Source of the DNA: Candidatus Poribacteria bacterium
GTDB lineage: Bacteria; Poribacteria; WGA-4E; JAJDTR01
Assembly: GCA_965232535.1 (NCBI GenBank)
Contig: CBDDPW010000020.1
Span: forward strand, 213,702 to 277,701
DNA length: 64,000 nt
Direction of reading: 5' to 3'
In this document: in pieces, positions 63,301 through 64,000 of the stretch
Numbering within the stretch: position 1 is the first letter of the stretch
How the letters are laid out: every line of letters starts with the position of its first letter
Position numbers and translations under genes: made by a program
Notes under the pieces: generated by a model
What the model was told of the DNA's origin: nothing
The model's input: the letters and a program-made list of their open reading frames with translations, nothing else
The model's database searches: none

Positions 63301-64000
63301 ATGATGAAGAATACCGCCAATATGTACCCGCTATTCACGCTGCTCATTCTCAGTATCCTGGTTTCGACCTGTAACACCTCGGTTCAGTCAACCAGTCATA
63401 GCCGATCGCCAACGGTTTCCGCGGATATTCAAATTCTGGAATCCATTCAAAACGCATTTGCCAATATTTACGATCAGAGCAAAGTGGCTGTTGTTAGTGT
63501 GTCTGCACGGAACGTGAGGCGGAAAACCGGTCTCGGCTCGGAGAGATCAAAACATATTCTCGAACTGGAGGGAGCGGGGATTATCTTTCGTCCGGACGGC
63601 TACGTCGTAACAAACGACCACGTCGTGAATGGCGCGGAGACTATACGTGTTCGTCCGTTCAATCGTCAATGGTACGATGCCGAGCTGATTGGAGAAGATG
63701 CAAGCACAGATATTGCTGTGCTGAAGATTGACGTGGGCGAAGAGTTGCCGACACTTGCCTTCGCCGACTCCGATGAGGTCCGAGTAGGGCAGTTTGCCAT
63801 TGCCATCGGTAACCCCTATAGCCTTGACTACACTATTACAACCGGAATCGTAAGCGGAATAGGACGCGCTTTGCCGCTGGGAGATAACATCATTCGTTAT
63901 CAAGATTTCATTCAAACAGATGCATGGCTAAGTAAGGGGAACAGCGGTGGTCCCTTGTTAAACATTTACGGCGAAGTTATCGGGCTAAACTCGGTCATCC
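63301..64000 (+). CDS. HtrA/DegP-family trypsin-like serine protease, 3' end cut by window edge (not in supplied ORF track)
   Basis: My own translation from ATG 63301 is open to the window end: MMKNTANMYPLFTLLILSILVSTCN (lipobox-like). It contains GYVVTNDHVV (His), DIAVLKI (Asp), FIQTDAWLSKGNSGGPLLN (Ser) and GIVSG. Confidence 0.88.
   Translation, partial: MMKNTANMYPLFTLLILSILVSTCNTSVQSTSHSRSPTVSADIQILESIQNAFANIYDQSKVAVVSVSARNVRRKTGLGSERSKHILELEGAGIIFRPDGYVVTNDHVVNGAETIRVRPFNRQWYDAELIGEDASTDIAVLKIDVGEELPTLAFADSDEVRVGQFAIAIGNPYSLDYTITTGIVSGIGRALPLGDNIIRYQDFIQTDAWLSKGNSGGPLLNIYGEVIGLNSVI

Noticed and set aside
63547-63915. The listed 122-aa minus-strand ORF.
   Set aside because: It is antisense to the plus-strand HtrA-like reading frame, which carries the His/Asp/Ser catalytic motifs.
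1-64000. Scanned for rRNA, tRNA, tmRNA, RNase P and CRISPR signatures.
   Set aside because: I recognised none by eye. A proper tRNAscan/Infernal run is needed to exclude small RNAs.
1-64000. Assignment of the window to a specific candidate phylum on the basis of PhyH, sulfatase, sialidase and WD40 content and the NPFNPETW tails.
   Set aside because: Gene-content resemblance is suggestive only. Without marker-gene phylogeny or database searches, this cannot be supported from the window.

Overview
This 64-kb window is bacterial chromosomal DNA with about 60 supportable protein genes packed on both strands. I found no rRNA, tRNA or CRISPR array.

Housekeeping genes: dapA (5' partial), dtd, msrB, yajC, queA, ruvC-ruvA-ruvB, yebC, hisA, and a 3'-partial HtrA/DegP-like protease that is missing from the supplied ORF track.

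Accessory blocks interleaved with them:
1. An NtrY/NtrX-like histidine kinase and sigma54 response regulator lie 2.4 kb apart. The gap holds two PD-(D/E)xK (HsdR-N-like) paralogs, a decayed copy of a regulator 5' end, a structured repeat element and an orphan HicB.
2. A seven-gene NfeD/flotillin (FloA) operon has tandem duplications and sits behind a perfect TTGACA-17-TATAAT promoter.
3. A glycan-processing island contains an FG-GAP propeller with a Por/T9SS-type C-terminal domain, two leaderless BNR sialidases, a sulfatase-fold enzyme without the CxPxR motif, two LamG paralogs and a large polytopic membrane protein.
4. A four-gene envelope operon has no assignable function.
5. Four PhyH-family dioxygenases occur alongside cupin, Ldh_2, aldo/keto reductase and CoA-transferase genes.
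6. An apparently intact IS3-family element carries an A-run frameshift site.
7. A RAYT (REP-associated tyrosine transposase) gene is bracketed by ~100-nt REP doublets. At least eight sequence-distinct hairpins with the same GTAGG head are scattered through the longer intergenic gaps.

Two further dispersed repeat families are described: a ~190-nt double-hairpin element with compensatory stem changes, and arrays of phased 11-12-bp TTCRCT-type repeats.

The strongest leads are the multi-family GTAG-hairpin system with only one visible RAYT, the split two-component operon with a nuclease-fold gene, the expanded NfeD/FloA operon, and the uncharacterised envelope operon.

Taxonomy cannot be fixed from the window. 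The gene content resembles uncultured marine or host-associated lineages, but that is inference only.
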